From NCBI GenBank assembly GCA_051294905.1, contig CM119372.1, forward strand, positions 12,030,001 to 12,094,000: a stretch of 64,000 bases of DNA, in the 5' to 3' direction. The DNA comes from Botryllus schlosseri. Taxonomy: Eukaryota. A program made the translations under genes and the position numbers. This document shows positions 63,458 through 64,000 of the stretch, piece after piece (the stretch's first letter is position 1; each line of letters begins with the position of its first letter). The notes below the pieces were generated by a model. That model was given only the letters and a program-made list of their open reading frames with translations. It was not told the DNA's origin and ran no database searches.

Positions 63458-64000
63458 GTATGATATATTATATACTGTACTCGACACCTCACTCTACCAT
63501 AACACAACTGGCGAGTCAGTCCGACTGCAGTAACTTAGCAATCTCGCAAACTCCAGTCAGAACGCGACATGATTGCCAACGCGCGTGACGACAATCACCG
63601 GGTTTCAATCACTCCGTCCCGAGAACAAACGAATACGTATCTTCGGCGACGACTAATAAACTAAAGCTACAGGGATTATTTTCACGAATGCGAAGTCTGT
63701 TCTGGACTGTGTGTGTTCAGTAGTGACACTAATTTCAGAGGAGTCAATTAACTTTCGATATCAAGAACCAGCAAGACATCTTCTGATCGTTATGTTTTGG
63801 TATTAGTGCAGCGGTTCTCAACCGAGGGTCCGCGGACTCACATGATTGAAATGGTCGTCTGGGATGAAATATCCGACTGCAAACTCAATTTAATTGTTAA
63901 ATTGCCAATAGCCTGCCGATACAAACATATTGCTGTTTCGAGATGTTTTGTTGGCGTTTGTGGAAAAATGTAATATTGGAGATAGCAAGGTCAAACACGG

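Noticed and set aside
1..64000. Intact autonomous transposase, reverse transcriptase or defence-system gene
   Set aside because: The only long ORF is LEKR1. All TE coding traces are truncated or frameshifted.

Overview
Animal (eukaryotic) genomic DNA, not prokaryotic. An ascidian/tunicate-like invertebrate chordate is my inference from many 59-75 nt GT-AG introns, vertebrate-shared ASS1 intron positions and an operon-like gene pair. Four protein-coding genes were reconstructed by hand with phase-consistent splice junctions: argininosuccinate synthase (ASS1, minus, 8 exons, 414 aa), a synaptotagmin-like Rab27 effector (SYTL4/5-like, minus, 17 exons, 771 aa), an intronless LEKR1 homologue (minus, 699 aa) ending only 195 nt upstream of the SYTL start codon, and the 5' part of a class A GPCR with an NRY motif (Moody/Tre1/GPR84 or melatonin-receptor-like, plus). 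Most remaining sequence is a dense, often nested mosaic of non-autonomous hAT elements/MITEs with readable 8-bp TSDs, foldback hairpin elements, a tRNA-derived SINE family, a LINE 3' fragment and decayed transposase remnants. The best candidates for follow-up are the putative LEKR1-SYTL trans-spliced operon, a four-level nested transposon, a retroelement sharing the SINE tail and inserted inside a SINE, and a 600-bp hairpin probably in the SYTL 3' UTR. I found no clearly novel protein system. All family assignments are by motif recognition, not by database search.
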